Assembly (NCBI GenBank): GCA_963779755.1
Contig: CAVZZO010000003.1
Coordinates: 1,408,001 to 1,472,000 of the forward strand
Direction of reading: 5' to 3'
DNA length: 64,000 nucleotides
Source: an uncultured Gemmatimonadales bacterium
Lineage (GTDB): Bacteria; Gemmatimonadota; Gemmatimonadetes; Gemmatimonadales; GWC2-71-9
Numbering within the stretch: position 1 is the stretch's first letter; each line of letters begins with the position of its first letter. The translations under genes and the position numbers were made by a program. Below are positions 16,338 through 25,907 of this stretch, piece after piece. The notes beneath the pieces are model-generated. The model was not told the origin of the DNA. It was given only the letters and a program-made list of their open reading frames with translations, and did not search any database.

Positions 16338-16775
16338 ATGTCCGCTGGAAGCATCTGCAGCCGCATCATCGTGACCGCCATGCCGGGAGAGTCGGTCCGG
16401 ACCGCCGCCCGGCGCATGGCGGAGAATGAAGTCGGCACCGTCGTTGTACTGCACCCCGAATTTCAGGGCCGCCCCTTCGGGATCCTCACCGATCGCGACG
16501 TGGCGGTGCGCTGTCTTGCCCGCGGGCTCGATCCCGACGAGACGGCGATCTCGAAGATCATGAGCACCCCGGTGCAGTCGCTGGAGGAACACACGCCGCT
16601 GGTGGAGGCGATCAGCCGCATGGCGGCCGGAGCGGTCCGCCGCGTGATCGTGACCGGCGAAGAAGGCCGGGTGGTGGGGATCCTGAGCCTGGACGACATC
16701 CTCGATCTGCTGGTGCTCGAGGCCTCGTCGCTGGGCCGGCTGCTGGAGAAGCAGCGCCCCGCGCTCAAGGTGTAA
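16338..16775 (+). CDS. CBS-pair domain protein
   Basis: AGGAGG RBS at 16326-16331; GILTDRDV and VVGILSLDDIL CBS motifs. Confidence 0.92.
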   Translation: MSAGSICSRIIVTAMPGESVRTAARRMAENEVGTVVVLHPEFQGRPFGILTDRDVAVRCLARGLDPDETAISKIMSTPVQSLEEHTPLVEAISRMAAGAVRRVIVTGEEGRVVGILSLDDILDLLVLEASSLGRLLEKQRPALKV

Positions 16776-16778
16776 GAG

Positions 16779-16807
16779 GTGAGACGTAAGACGTGAGGCG
16801 TGAGACG
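16779..16807. repeat. Heptamer repeat (GTGAGAC/GTGAGGC) x4
   Basis: gtgagac gtaagac gtgaggc gtgagac directly after the CBS stop. Confidence 0.75.
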
Positions 16808-16859
16808 GGGGGGGCAGGTCCACTGACTCCCCCCTCTCCACCCCCTTACTATTCCCTTC

Positions 16860-17774
16860 ATGCCCGCCTCTACCAGTGCGCTCGTTGCGCTCGCCATGAT
16901 GGCCGCCCGGGCCGACGGCCAGACCGTGCCCGCCGAAGAGGACGCGATCCAGGCTTTCGTCACCCGCCTCGGCTCACCCGACATCTCGCGCCTGGCCGAA
17001 CAGGTCGCCTCCCGCCACCTGCGGGTGGCCGACCTGGCCGAGCGGATCACCGACCCCGCCGAGAAGAAGCTGGCCTATGAGACGGCGCTGGCGGTCTGCC
17101 ACGCCGACGGGGCTGCCAACCCGGCGGAGCAGCAGTTCCTGGAGGAGCTGCGCCAGGCGCTGGGGCTCAGCCCGGAGGAGGTCGCCGCCATGAGCGCGAC
17201 GGCCGACTCGCTGGCCACGGCATCGTTGGAGGTCCACCAGGCCGGCAGCGGCCCCGCGGCGGAGGGTGAAGCCGCGCTGGACCAGCTCATCCTCCAGCAG
17301 GCCATCCTCACCGGCGCGGTGGAGATCCTGCCGGATCGGCTGGCGAATATCGCGGTACTGCCGCTCCAGCTCCGGCTGGTCTATCAGATCGGCAAGCACT
17401 ACGGCCAGCAGCTGGACGGCGATCAGATCAAGGACCTGGCGGTCACCATGGGTCTGGGCACCGCGGCGCAGGCGATGGAGGGCGTGGTGCTGAAGCTGGT
17501 GGGCGGGCTGGCCGGCGGGCTCCTGGGCGGAGTGTTCGGCGGAGCCGGCCGGATCGCCGCCGGCGCCACCGTGACCTTCGCGGCCACCTACGCGCTGGGC
17601 CACGTGGCGAAGCAGTACTACGCTCAGGGCCGCCGCCTCAGCGCCGACGATCTCCGGGGTCTGTTCCAGCGGTTCAAGGACGAGGCGAATACCATCTATC
17701 CCAGGGTGGAGCAGGAGATCCGCTCCAAGGCGAGCGGGCTGGACCTGCGATCGCTGGCGGGGAAACCGACCTGA
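16860..17774 (+). CDS. TerB/DUF533-like N-domain fused to a YcjF/DUF697-like glycine-rich helical domain
   Basis: MMAARADG...EEDAI and ALAVCHADG...AEQFLEELRQALGL (TerB-like); LPLQLRLVYQIGKHYG and AATYALGHVAKQYY (DUF697-like). Confidence 0.7.
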   Translation: MPASTSALVALAMMAARADGQTVPAEEDAIQAFVTRLGSPDISRLAEQVASRHLRVADLAERITDPAEKKLAYETALAVCHADGAANPAEQQFLEELRQALGLSPEEVAAMSATADSLATASLEVHQAGSGPAAEGEAALDQLILQQAILTGAVEILPDRLANIAVLPLQLRLVYQIGKHYGQQLDGDQIKDLAVTMGLGTAAQAMEGVVLKLVGGLAGGLLGGVFGGAGRIAAGATVTFAATYALGHVAKQYYAQGRRLSADDLRGLFQRFKDEANTIYPRVEQEIRSKASGLDLRSLAGKPT

Positions 17775-17814
17775 CCCCTGTCGCCCTTCCCTCACCTTAG
17801 CCCCCTGTTCCCCC

Positions 17815-18922
17815 TCTGACCTAACCCCATGTCCCCCTTCTGACCTAACCCCCTGTCCCCTTCTGACCTAACCCCCTGTCCCCTTCTGACCTAACCCCCT
17901 GTCCCCTTCTGACCTAACCCCCTGTCCCCCTTCCCTGTTGGGAAGGGGGAACCGGAATCCCGGGCTACCGTCGTCTCGAGCGCGCCGTCTGACCCAACCC
18001 CCTGTCCCCCTTCCCTATCGGGAAGGGGGAACCGGAGTCCCGGACTACCGTCGTCTCGAGCGCGCCGTCTGACCCAACCCCCTGTCCCCCTTCCCTATCG
18101 GGAAGGGGGAACCGGAATCCCGGACTACCGTCGTCTCGAGCGCGCCGTCTGACCCAACCCCCTGTCCCCCTTCCCTATCGGGAAGGGGGAACCGGAGTCC
18201 CGGACTACCGTCGTCCCCGAGCGCGCCGTCTGACCCAACCCCCTGTCCCCCTTCCCTATCGGGAAGGGGGAACCGGAGTCCCGGACTACCGTCGTACCCG
18301 CGCGCGACGTCTCACCTGACCCCCTGTCCCCCTTCCCTGTTGGGAAGGGGGAACCGGAATCCCGGACTACCGTCGTCCCGAGCGCGCCGCCTCACCTGAC
18401 CCCCTGTCCCCCTTCCCTGTTGGGAAGGGGGAACCGGAATCCCGGACTTCTGTCGCACCCACGCGCGCCGTCTGACCTGACCCCCTGTCTCCCTTCCCTG
18501 TTGGGAAGGGGGAACCGGAATCCCGGACTACCGTCGTCCCAGCGCGCCGCCTCACCTGACCCCCTGTCCCCCTTCCCTATTGGGAAGGGGGAACCGGAAT
18601 CCCGGACTTCTGTCGTCCCCGCGCGCGCCGCCTCACCTGACCCCCTGTCCCCCTTCCCTATCGGGAAGGGGGAACCGGAATCCCGGACTACGGTCGTCCC
18701 CGCGCGCGCCGTCTGACCCAACCCCCTGTCCCCCTTCCCTGTTGGGAAGAGGAACCGGAATCCCGGACTTCTGTCGCACCCGCGCGCGCCGTCTGACCCA
18801 ACCCCCTGTCCCCCTTCCCTATCGGGAAGGGGGAACCGGAATCCCGGACTACGGTCGTCCCCACGCGCGCCGTCTGACCCAACCCCCTGTCCCCCTTCCC
18901 TATCGGGAAGGGGGAACCGGAA
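17815..18922 (+). repeat. Tandem array: about 5 x 23-bp half-unit, then 13 x ~80-bp units each holding hairpin A
   Basis: Hairpin 3' arms GGAAGGGGGA at 17941, 18021, 18101, 18181, 18262 ... 18906. Confidence 0.97.
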
Positions 18923-19964
18923 TAAGCTCCGCCTGGATGAACTGCAGCACCGTCACCTCTTCCCGCCGGAGGGCGGCGCTGGGATGCTGCGCCCGCTTGC
19001 CCTTCCGGGGCGGCGGGATGGTGCGGCCGGCAAAATAGGCCTCGAGGACGGCAGGATGGACGTAGTACTTCCGGCAGACGGCACGGGTGTTCCGCAGCCG
19101 GTGGGCCACCCGGTCGAGGGCCAGGTTGATGTTCCGCCGGGCCTGCCGCTCCGACTCGGCGGGCCCCAGCTCCCGTAACGCGCCGGCGGCCAGCATGGTG
19201 CCGCTCCAGGTGCGGAAATCCTTGGCCGTTACCTCGCGGCCGGTGATGTGGCGCAGGTACTCGTTCACATCGTCCGAGCCGATCGCCTGCCGCTTGCCGT
19301 CTTCATCCACATACTTGAAGAGCTGCTGGCCGGGGAGATCCTGGAGCTGCTGGACGATCCGCGCCAGCCGCCGGTCGGTGAGCGCCACCGAGTGCTGGAT
19401 GCCGCTCTTGCCCTTGAATTCGAACCGGATGCTGTGCCCCTTCACCTCCACGTGGTGGCGGCGCAGCGTGGTGAGGCCGTAGCTCTTGTTGGCCTTGGTG
19501 TATTCGTCGTTGCCCACCCGGATGAGCGTGCGGTCCAGCAGGCGTACGACCGTGGCGAGGAGCTTGCGGCGCGGGAGCCCGGGCAGGGCGAGGTCGCGCT
19601 CGACCTTCTCCCGTAGCCGGGGCAGCGCCTGGCTGAAGGTGAGCATGCGGCCGAACTTGGACTGGTCGCGCAGGTCGCGGAAGCGGGGGTGGTAGCGGTA
19701 CTGCTTGCGGCCCTTGGCGTCGCGGGCGGTGGCCTGAATGTGGCCGTCGGGGTCGGGACAGATCCACACGTCGGTCCAGGCCGGCGGGATGGCGAGCGAG
19801 GCGAGCCGGTTGCGCTCCGCGGCGCCGGTGATGCGGGTGCCGTCGGGCGCGTAGTAGGCGAAGCCGGTGCCTACTCTCCTGCGGGCAATGCCGCGCTCGC
19901 CGTCGGTGACATAATGAATCCCGGCGGCGGTGAGGTCCTGGAATTGAGCCTGCGGCTTCGCCAT
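18900..19964 (-). CDS. Bacterial (poxvirus-like) DNA topoisomerase IB
   Basis: AIPPAWTDVWI, GRKQYRYH, IRVGN, YGLTTL, FKGKSG, TAKDFRTW, LRNTRAVCRKYYVHP (catalytic R-K-R-N-Y). Confidence 0.95.
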   Translation of the reverse strand: MAKPQAQFQDLTAAGIHYVTDGERGIARRRVGTGFAYYAPDGTRITGAAERNRLASLAIPPAWTDVWICPDPDGHIQATARDAKGRKQYRYHPRFRDLRDQSKFGRMLTFSQALPRLREKVERDLALPGLPRRKLLATVVRLLDRTLIRVGNDEYTKANKSYGLTTLRRHHVEVKGHSIRFEFKGKSGIQHSVALTDRRLARIVQQLQDLPGQQLFKYVDEDGKRQAIGSDDVNEYLRHITGREVTAKDFRTWSGTMLAAGALRELGPAESERQARRNINLALDRVAHRLRNTRAVCRKYYVHPAVLEAYFAGRTIPPPRKGKRAQHPSAALRREEVTVLQFIQAELIPVPPSR

Positions 19965-19983
19965 GGCTCCCTGCTCCACTCGA

Positions 19984-20347
19984 GGCTAACTGCGTAACCG
20001 CGAAGACGCGAAGACGCGAAGGATCGCAAAGTGATTGTTAATGGGTGACAACTCGAGTCTTCTCACCGGCTCAAGCGCAGGATTGCTGCACCCCCAAAAT
20101 CTCTCTTCGCGTAGTTCTTCGCGCCTCCGCGTCTTCGCGGTTAGCGCCGCAGGCAAACCGTCGGGGCACGCTTGGCTAACTACGTTAACCGCGAAGGCGC
20201 GAAGAGCGCGAAGGAGCGCGAACGTGGTTGTCTGTGAATGGCGACTCGAGCCGCCTTGCCCGCTCGTGATCTGGACTGCTGTACCCCAAAAAGGTCTTCT
20301 TCGCGTACCTTCGCGTCTTCGCGTCTTCGCGGTAGCGCCGCAGGCAA
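19984..20347. repeat. Two tandem ORF-less inverted-repeat elements with (CGCGAAGA)n arms
   Basis: TAACCGCGAAGACGCGAAGACGCGAAGGA...CTTCGCGCCTCCGCGTCTTCGCGGTTA and a diverged second copy at 20174-20347; both end GCGCCGCAGGCAA. Confidence 0.9.
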
Positions 20348-20366
20348 GCTGTGCCAGTGCGTTGAG

Positions 20367-22181
20367 CTAAGGCTTGCCTACGACGGCACCGTCCGGCAGC
20401 TCCTCCCCGGGATTGACGAACCGGTCCATCTCCACCCCGTACTGCTTCTCGTACAGCCGGCGGTAGCGCCCGTTCAGGGCCAGGAGCTCGTCCTGGGTTC
20501 CCCGCTCCACCACCCGGCCGTCGTCGAGCACCAGGATCTGGTCGGCGCTGGCGATGGTGCTCAGCCGGTGGGCGATGACGAAGGTGGTGCGCCCCTGCCG
20601 CAGGTGCCGCAAGCCGTCGCGGATCAGGGCCTCGCTCTCGGAGTCGAGCGAGCTGGTCGCCTCGTCCAGGATCAGGATCTTCGGATCGGCCAGGATGGCC
20701 CGGGCGATGGCCACCCGCTGGCGCTGGCCGCCGGAGAGCTTCACCCCCCGCTCGCCCACCACGGTATCGTAGCCCTTTTCCATGCGGGAGACGAACTCGT
20801 CGCAGTGGGCCACGTGGCCGGCCGCTTCAATTTCCGCGCGGCCGGCACCCGGCGCGGAGTAGGCAATATTCTCCGCGATGGTGCCGTCGAAGAGGAAATT
20901 GTCCTGGAGCACCACGCCCAGGTTGGTACGGTAGTCGCGCAGGCGCAAGTCGCCCAGGTCGATCCCGTCCACCAGCACCCGGCCCGTGGTGGGCCGGTTG
21001 AAGGCCATGATGAGCGAGATCATGGTGCTCTTGCCCGAGCCGCTGGGGCCCACCAGCGCCGTGGTGGTCCCGGCCGGCGCGGTGAAGGTCACCTCCCGCA
21101 GGACGGGCACGCCCTTCTCGTACTCGAACGACACGTCCTGAAACATCACCTGCCCTTCCAGCTCGGGCACGGGCCGGCGGTCGCGGTCGTGCTCGTCCTC
21201 GGTGGTGAGCTCGCGGATCTCCCGGATCCGGTCCAGGCCGGCGAAGGCTTCGCTGATCTGGGTGCCGATGGACGCGACGCCGATCAACGGCGCCGCCACC
21301 AGCCCGATGAAGAAGACGTACATCACGAAGTCGCCCAGCGACATCGTGTGATCGAGAATGGCGCGGCCGCCCACCAGGATCAGCATCACCCCCACGATTC
21401 CCACCAGCAGGGTGGTGAAGCTGGAGACCGCATTCACCCCCACGATGCTCTTCGCGATGTTGCGGAAGAGCCGGTGCACGCCCCGCGCGAAGACCAGCTT
21501 CTCCCGCCGCTCGGCGGTATAGGTCTTCACCAGCCGGATACCGCCCACGGTTTCGGCCAGGCGGCCGGTGACGTCGGCGTTGATCTCGCCTCGCTCGCGG
21601 AAGATGGGCCGCAGCCGGCGAAACCCGACGAACATGACGACCCCGAAGGCGGCGATCACGGCCAGCGTCATGCTGGTGAGCCGCCAATTGAGCCAGAAGA
21701 GCACGCCCAGCGCCAGCGAGGCGGTGAAGATTCCGCCCACCAGCTGCACCAGTCCGGTGCCCACCAGGTTCCGCACACCTTCGGCATCCGTCATGATGCG
21801 GGAGATGAGGATCCCGCTCTTGGTGGAGTCGAAATAGCTTATGGGGAGGCGGAGGACATGCTCCTGCACGTCCTTTCGCATTTCGGTGATGGCGCGCTGG
21901 GCCGCGACGCTCATCACCAGCGCCAGGGCGTAGCCGGTGCCGGCCTGGACCAGCGTGGCGGCGCCGGCGGCGAGCGCCAGCGGCACCAGCAGGTGGGTGT
22001 CGCCTTTGCCGAGGACGCGGTCGATCAGGAATTTGGAGCTGCCGGGCAGCACGAAGCCGGCGAGCCGGTTCACCAGCATGAGTGCCAGGCCAAGCGAGAG
22101 CCGGCCGCGGTAGGTCCAGATCAGGGCCCGGGCTTCGCGCCACGCGCTGGCGGCGGAGATCCGGCGTTTGGGTTGGGGCAT
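20367..22181 (-). CDS. ABC transporter, fused permease/ATP-binding (MsbA/MdlB-like exporter)
   Basis: Six TM segments; GPSGSGKST, LSGGQRQR, ILILDEATSSLD, IAHRLST. Confidence 0.96.
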   Translation of the reverse strand: MPQPKRRISAASAWREARALIWTYRGRLSLGLALMLVNRLAGFVLPGSSKFLIDRVLGKGDTHLLVPLALAAGAATLVQAGTGYALALVMSVAAQRAITEMRKDVQEHVLRLPISYFDSTKSGILISRIMTDAEGVRNLVGTGLVQLVGGIFTASLALGVLFWLNWRLTSMTLAVIAAFGVVMFVGFRRLRPIFRERGEINADVTGRLAETVGGIRLVKTYTAERREKLVFARGVHRLFRNIAKSIVGVNAVSSFTTLLVGIVGVMLILVGGRAILDHTMSLGDFVMYVFFIGLVAAPLIGVASIGTQISEAFAGLDRIREIRELTTEDEHDRDRRPVPELEGQVMFQDVSFEYEKGVPVLREVTFTAPAGTTTALVGPSGSGKSTMISLIMAFNRPTTGRVLVDGIDLGDLRLRDYRTNLGVVLQDNFLFDGTIAENIAYSAPGAGRAEIEAAGHVAHCDEFVSRMEKGYDTVVGERGVKLSGGQRQRVAIARAILADPKILILDEATSSLDSESEALIRDGLRHLRQGRTTFVIAHRLSTIASADQILVLDDGRVVERGTQDELLALNGRYRRLYEKQYGVEMDRFVNPGEELPDGAVVGKP

Positions 22182-22233
22182 TCATGAAGATACTGGAGTG
22201 GGCAGAGAGGGCGGCAGGGCGGCCCCCTCTGAG

Positions 22234-22775
22234 CCTCACCCCCTGGCCCCCTCTCCACTGCGTGGAGAGGGGGAACGGCGGAAAGGGATATCGCGTGCGG
22301 TCACCCTGAGCGATAGCGAAGGGGCCGAAGCCGATCGAATGATTCCGGCGCGACCTAACCCCCTGTCCCCCTTCCCTGGCGGGAAGGGGGAACGGGGACA
22401 TTGAGCATCGCGCGCTGTCACCCTGAGCGATAGCGAAGGGGCCGAAGCCGATCGAAGGATTCCGGCGCGACCTAACCCCCTGTCCCCCTTCCCTGGCGGG
22501 AAGGGGGAACGGGGACATTGAGCATCGCGCGCTGTCACCCTGAGCGATAGCGAGGGGGCCGAAGCCGATCGAAGGATTCCGGGGCGACCTAACCCCCGTC
22601 CCCCTTCCCTGGCGGGAAGGGGGAACGGGGACATTGAGCATCGCGCGCTGTCACCCTGAGCGATAGCGAGGGGGCCGAAGCCAATCGAATGATTCCGGCC
22701 GCTTCGCTGCGCTCAGCGTGACAGTGCATTGGCAGCCGCGGCCATTGCGAGCTGGCGCCAGCGGGCGAAGCAATT
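22234..22775 (+). repeat. Composite array A'-(B-A)x3 with 117-bp period, a B inverted doublet and C
   Basis: A copies at 22354, 22471 and 22588. Confidence 0.95.
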
Positions 22776-23208
22776 TCCTCAGGTTGCGCAAGGTGTCCAG
22801 GTCCAGATCCTCTCCTCCCTGTCCCCACTGAAGCGAAGCACGGGTTCGAACCCGCAATCACGCCTCGCGCCTTACCGACCTCCGCGACGCCCACTTACGC
22901 CTCCCCCCTTACCCCGGTACCGCCCCCGTACCGCCGCGAAAATCGGCGTTCTCTGCACCCTCCGGCCGGTGCCCTCCGCGCTGCGGAATTCCGACCCCGC
23001 GCTCCCCCTTGACTCCGTATTTCACTGGTACCAGGCAACTTGAGCCCTCCTGTTCCCGGTAATCCGGGCACATGCCCGGACCGCCCCGCACAGGGCATGG
23101 ATTCTGCTCCTCAGGCCATGCCGAAATCATTCCCCATTCCCAGATCGATCGGGGCTCCCCCGCCCTGTCGGATAGCGTTTCAGTCTCTTCCTTCAAAGGA
23201 GTGGTCCC

Positions 23209-23763
23209 ATGAGACGTTCATTCGCCTCGCTCATGCTGGTGCTGTGCCTGGGCCTGTTCGCCGGCGCCGGCTCGCTCTCGGCCCAGGCGCCCGACCAGCC
23301 CTTGCCCCGCCACCGGGGGTTGTGGTTCAGCGGCGGGTTCGGCTGGGGCTCGCTGGGTTGCCAGGATTGCGGCAGTCGAACCGGCGGCCTGTCGGGCGGC
23401 CTGACGCTCGGCGGCACCATCAGCCCCAAATTCCTGCTCGGCATCGGTACCACGGGGTGGACCAAGTCGGAGAACGGCGCCACCCTCACGGTGGGGACGC
23501 TGGATGCCCGCCTCCGCTTCTATCCCAGCCTCACCAGCGGCTTCTTCCTCACCGGCGGGCTCGGGATCGGCGAGATGCGCGCCTCGGTGTCCGGCTTCGG
23601 CAGCGCGTCGGAGACCGGCGTCGGCGCCGTGCTGGGCCTCGGCTGGGACATTCCCATTTCGGGGTCGGCCAGTCTCACGCCCTTCTGGAACGGGTTCGCG
23701 GTGAACACCGCGAACGGCGACGCCAACGTGGGGCAGCTGGGAATGAGCATCACGATTCACTAA
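23209..23763 (+). CDS. Secreted outer-membrane beta-barrel protein (small 8-stranded type)
   Basis: AAGGAG RBS; signal peptide ...SLSAQ; alternating G/aromatic beta-strands; C-terminal strand QLGMSITIH. Confidence 0.75.
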   Translation: MRRSFASLMLVLCLGLFAGAGSLSAQAPDQPLPRHRGLWFSGGFGWGSLGCQDCGSRTGGLSGGLTLGGTISPKFLLGIGTTGWTKSENGATLTVGTLDARLRFYPSLTSGFFLTGGLGIGEMRASVSGFGSASETGVGAVLGLGWDIPISGSASLTPFWNGFAVNTANGDANVGQLGMSITIH

Positions 23764-23791
23764 ACCCGCACCAGAAAGTCCGGCAGGAGAG

Positions 23792-23828
23792 CGAGGCACG
23801 TCCCATGGGGCGTGCCTCGTTTTCTTTT
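23792..23828 (+). terminator. Rho-independent terminator
   Basis: CGAGGCACGTCCC-AT-GGGGCGTGCCTCG followed by TTTTCTTTT. Confidence 0.85.
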
Positions 23829-23850
23829 AGTTCAAGCGGGCGGTCGGGTC

Positions 23851-24060
23851 GCGCGCTGTCACCCTGAGCGATAGCGAAGGGGCCGAAGCTGGTCGAGTGG
23901 TTTCGACCGCTTCGCTGCGCTCAGCGTGACAGCCCGCCCCATCCGCTCTCCCCGCCTTGGCATTGCGAGACGCGCAGCGGCGAAGCAATCTCCCAGGGTG
24001 CGCACGGAGCACCCGAAACCTCACCCCTGTCCCCTCTCCACTTCGCAACCTCACCCCCTG
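23851..24060 (+). repeat. B inverted doublet, C and partial A' copies
   Basis: TGTCACCCTGAGCGATAGCGAAGGGG...CCGCTTCGCTGCGCTCAGCGTGACA; CATTGCGAG...CGAAGCAATC; CCTCACCCCTGTCCCCTCTCCAC. Confidence 0.9.
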
Positions 24061-24209
24061 GGAACGCGGTGCGGGCCCAGACCATCCTCGGCTCAAGCCG
24101 AGGCTCGGCCAGCTTTTCACTGAAGTGCAGGAGCCCCACCCGGCGGCCGGGCAGCTTACCGGTTACCGTTTTCTCCCGCCATACCGCCTTTACCACCATA
24201 TTTTACGCC

Positions 24210-25286
24210 ATGCCGCCCCTCTGGATCGTCGAGCGCACCCGCAACCGGCGGTTTCCCTATCGGGTTTCCATCGAGCAGGACGGGCGGCTGATCGCGGCAT
24301 TCCGCACCCAGGCCCGCTGGCCGGGCCCGGGGCAGCAGATCTTCTGCCTGCGGGAACAGGAGCTGGATCCCGCCGAGCCGCTGGAACCGGTCGAGCGGGT
24401 ACCGGTGGCGGGCGTCTCCCGCATCGGCCGGAAGCTGGCGCTGGTGCTGGACCGACCCAACCGGAAACGGTGTGAGTTTCTCACGGTGCAGAAGGCGCGG
24501 AAGGCAGGCGGGGGGCACTATGAGCAGATCTATTTCCGCACCGAGTCCGGCATCCGGGCGCACCGCTCCGGCGGGCGGGTGGAACTGCGAGAGGCTCCCG
24601 ATCAGATCACCGTGGTGGTGGACAGCGGCGAGCGCTACGCCTGGCGCTTTCCCGGCGCCATCCTCGAGCGCCGGAAGCTCGCGGTGGGCGATTATGCGCT
24701 GCTGCGGGACGGGCGCATCGCCGCGGTGGTCGAGCGCAAGAGTTTCGAGCACCTGCTGACGGAAGTGAGCAACGTGCAGGCGCTGCACCAGCAGCTCTCC
24801 GACCTCGCCGGCCGCCCGCATCCGGCGCTGGTCATCGAGGCCGAATACGGCGACTTTCTGAATCCCAAGCGAGTCGCAGGCCGCTGGCCGCCCAGCTTCC
24901 TGGAACGGTTCCTGGCCGAACTGAGTGCGCTGCACCCCACGTTACCGGTGATCTTTGCCGGAAACCGCAAACTGGCCAATCTCTGGACGCAGCGCTTCTT
25001 TCTGGCGGCCGCCTCGGCGCAGGCCCAGACCGAGCCGCAACTGGCGCTGGATATGGCGCGGCAGTTGGAACTGGAGCCGGGATTGCCGCGGCAGGAAGAA
25101 GAGATCCGCCGCGTCGTATTCCACGAGATGCCGGAGGCGTTCACCCTGCCTGACCTGGCTCAGCGTTTTGCCGAGGTCCCCGAAACGCGGGTCAAACGGC
25201 TGCTGGAGCGCTGGCACAAGCAGGGGGCGCTGGAAAAGGAGGGTCGGGGGAGCAGGGCAACGTGGCGGGTAAGGCGAGTGGAGTAG
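24210..25286 (+). CDS. ERCC4 (XPF/Mus81-type) nuclease-domain protein with a C-terminal winged helix
   Basis: VVVDSGERY, LAVGDYA, VVERKSFEHL, LVIEA; C-terminal FTLPDLAQRF...VKRLLERWHKQGALEKEGRGSRATW. Confidence 0.8.
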   Translation: MPPLWIVERTRNRRFPYRVSIEQDGRLIAAFRTQARWPGPGQQIFCLREQELDPAEPLEPVERVPVAGVSRIGRKLALVLDRPNRKRCEFLTVQKARKAGGGHYEQIYFRTESGIRAHRSGGRVELREAPDQITVVVDSGERYAWRFPGAILERRKLAVGDYALLRDGRIAAVVERKSFEHLLTEVSNVQALHQQLSDLAGRPHPALVIEAEYGDFLNPKRVAGRWPPSFLERFLAELSALHPTLPVIFAGNRKLANLWTQRFFLAAASAQAQTEPQLALDMARQLELEPGLPRQEEEIRRVVFHEMPEAFTLPDLAQRFAEVPETRVKRLLERWHKQGALEKEGRGSRATWRVRRVE

Positions 25287-25288
25287 GA

Positions 25289-25777
25289 CCTCACCCCGTG
25301 CCCCTCTCCACTGCTCTACCTAACCCCCTGTCCCCCTTCCCTGTTGGGAAGGGGGAACGGGGACATTGAGCATCGCGCGCTGTCACCCTGAGCGATAGCG
25401 AAGGGGCCGAAGCCGATCGAATGATTCCGGGGCGACCTAACCCCCGTCCCCCTTCCCTGGCGGGAAGGGGGAACGGGGACGTTGAGCATCGCGCGCTGTC
25501 ACCCTGAGCGATAGCGAAGGGGCCGAAGCCGATCGAAGGATTCCGGCCGACCTAACCCCCTGTCCCCCTTCCCTGCCGGGAAGGGGGAACGGTCCCTTGA
25601 GATCCGCTGTCATTGCGAGCCCGCGCCAGTGGGCGAAGCACCTAACCCCCTGTCCCCCTTCCCTGGCGGGAAGGGGGAACGGGACATTGAGCATCGCGCG
25701 CTGTCACCCTGAGCGATAGCGAAGCCGCCGAAGCTGGTCGAATGGTGTATCGGCCCCTTCGCTGCGCTCAGCGTGAT
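25289..25777 (+). repeat. Composite array (partial A', 4 x A, B, C, B doublet)
   Basis: A copies near 25319, 25436, 25551 and 25641. Confidence 0.95.
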
Positions 25778-25907
25778 ACAGTTTCGGAGAGATCTGAAGC
25801 ACCCACCTGCAGTGTTTCGCGTTTTTCTGATACCAGATCCGGCGATGGGCGGCCACAGATTGGGCCATGCTCCGCTCTTGCGCCCCGCTCGCCGAGGCAA
25901 CAATCAT

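Noticed and set aside
17908..18922. CRISPR array (palindromic repeat with regular period)
   Set aside because: The intervening segments are near-identical rather than unique spacers, there is no cas gene or AT-rich leader, and the same hairpin is dispersed throughout the window.
22835..22895. tRNA-like GGGTTCGAACCC motif
   Set aside because: The T-stem fails at the third pair on both strands and there is no acceptor stem or anticodon arm.
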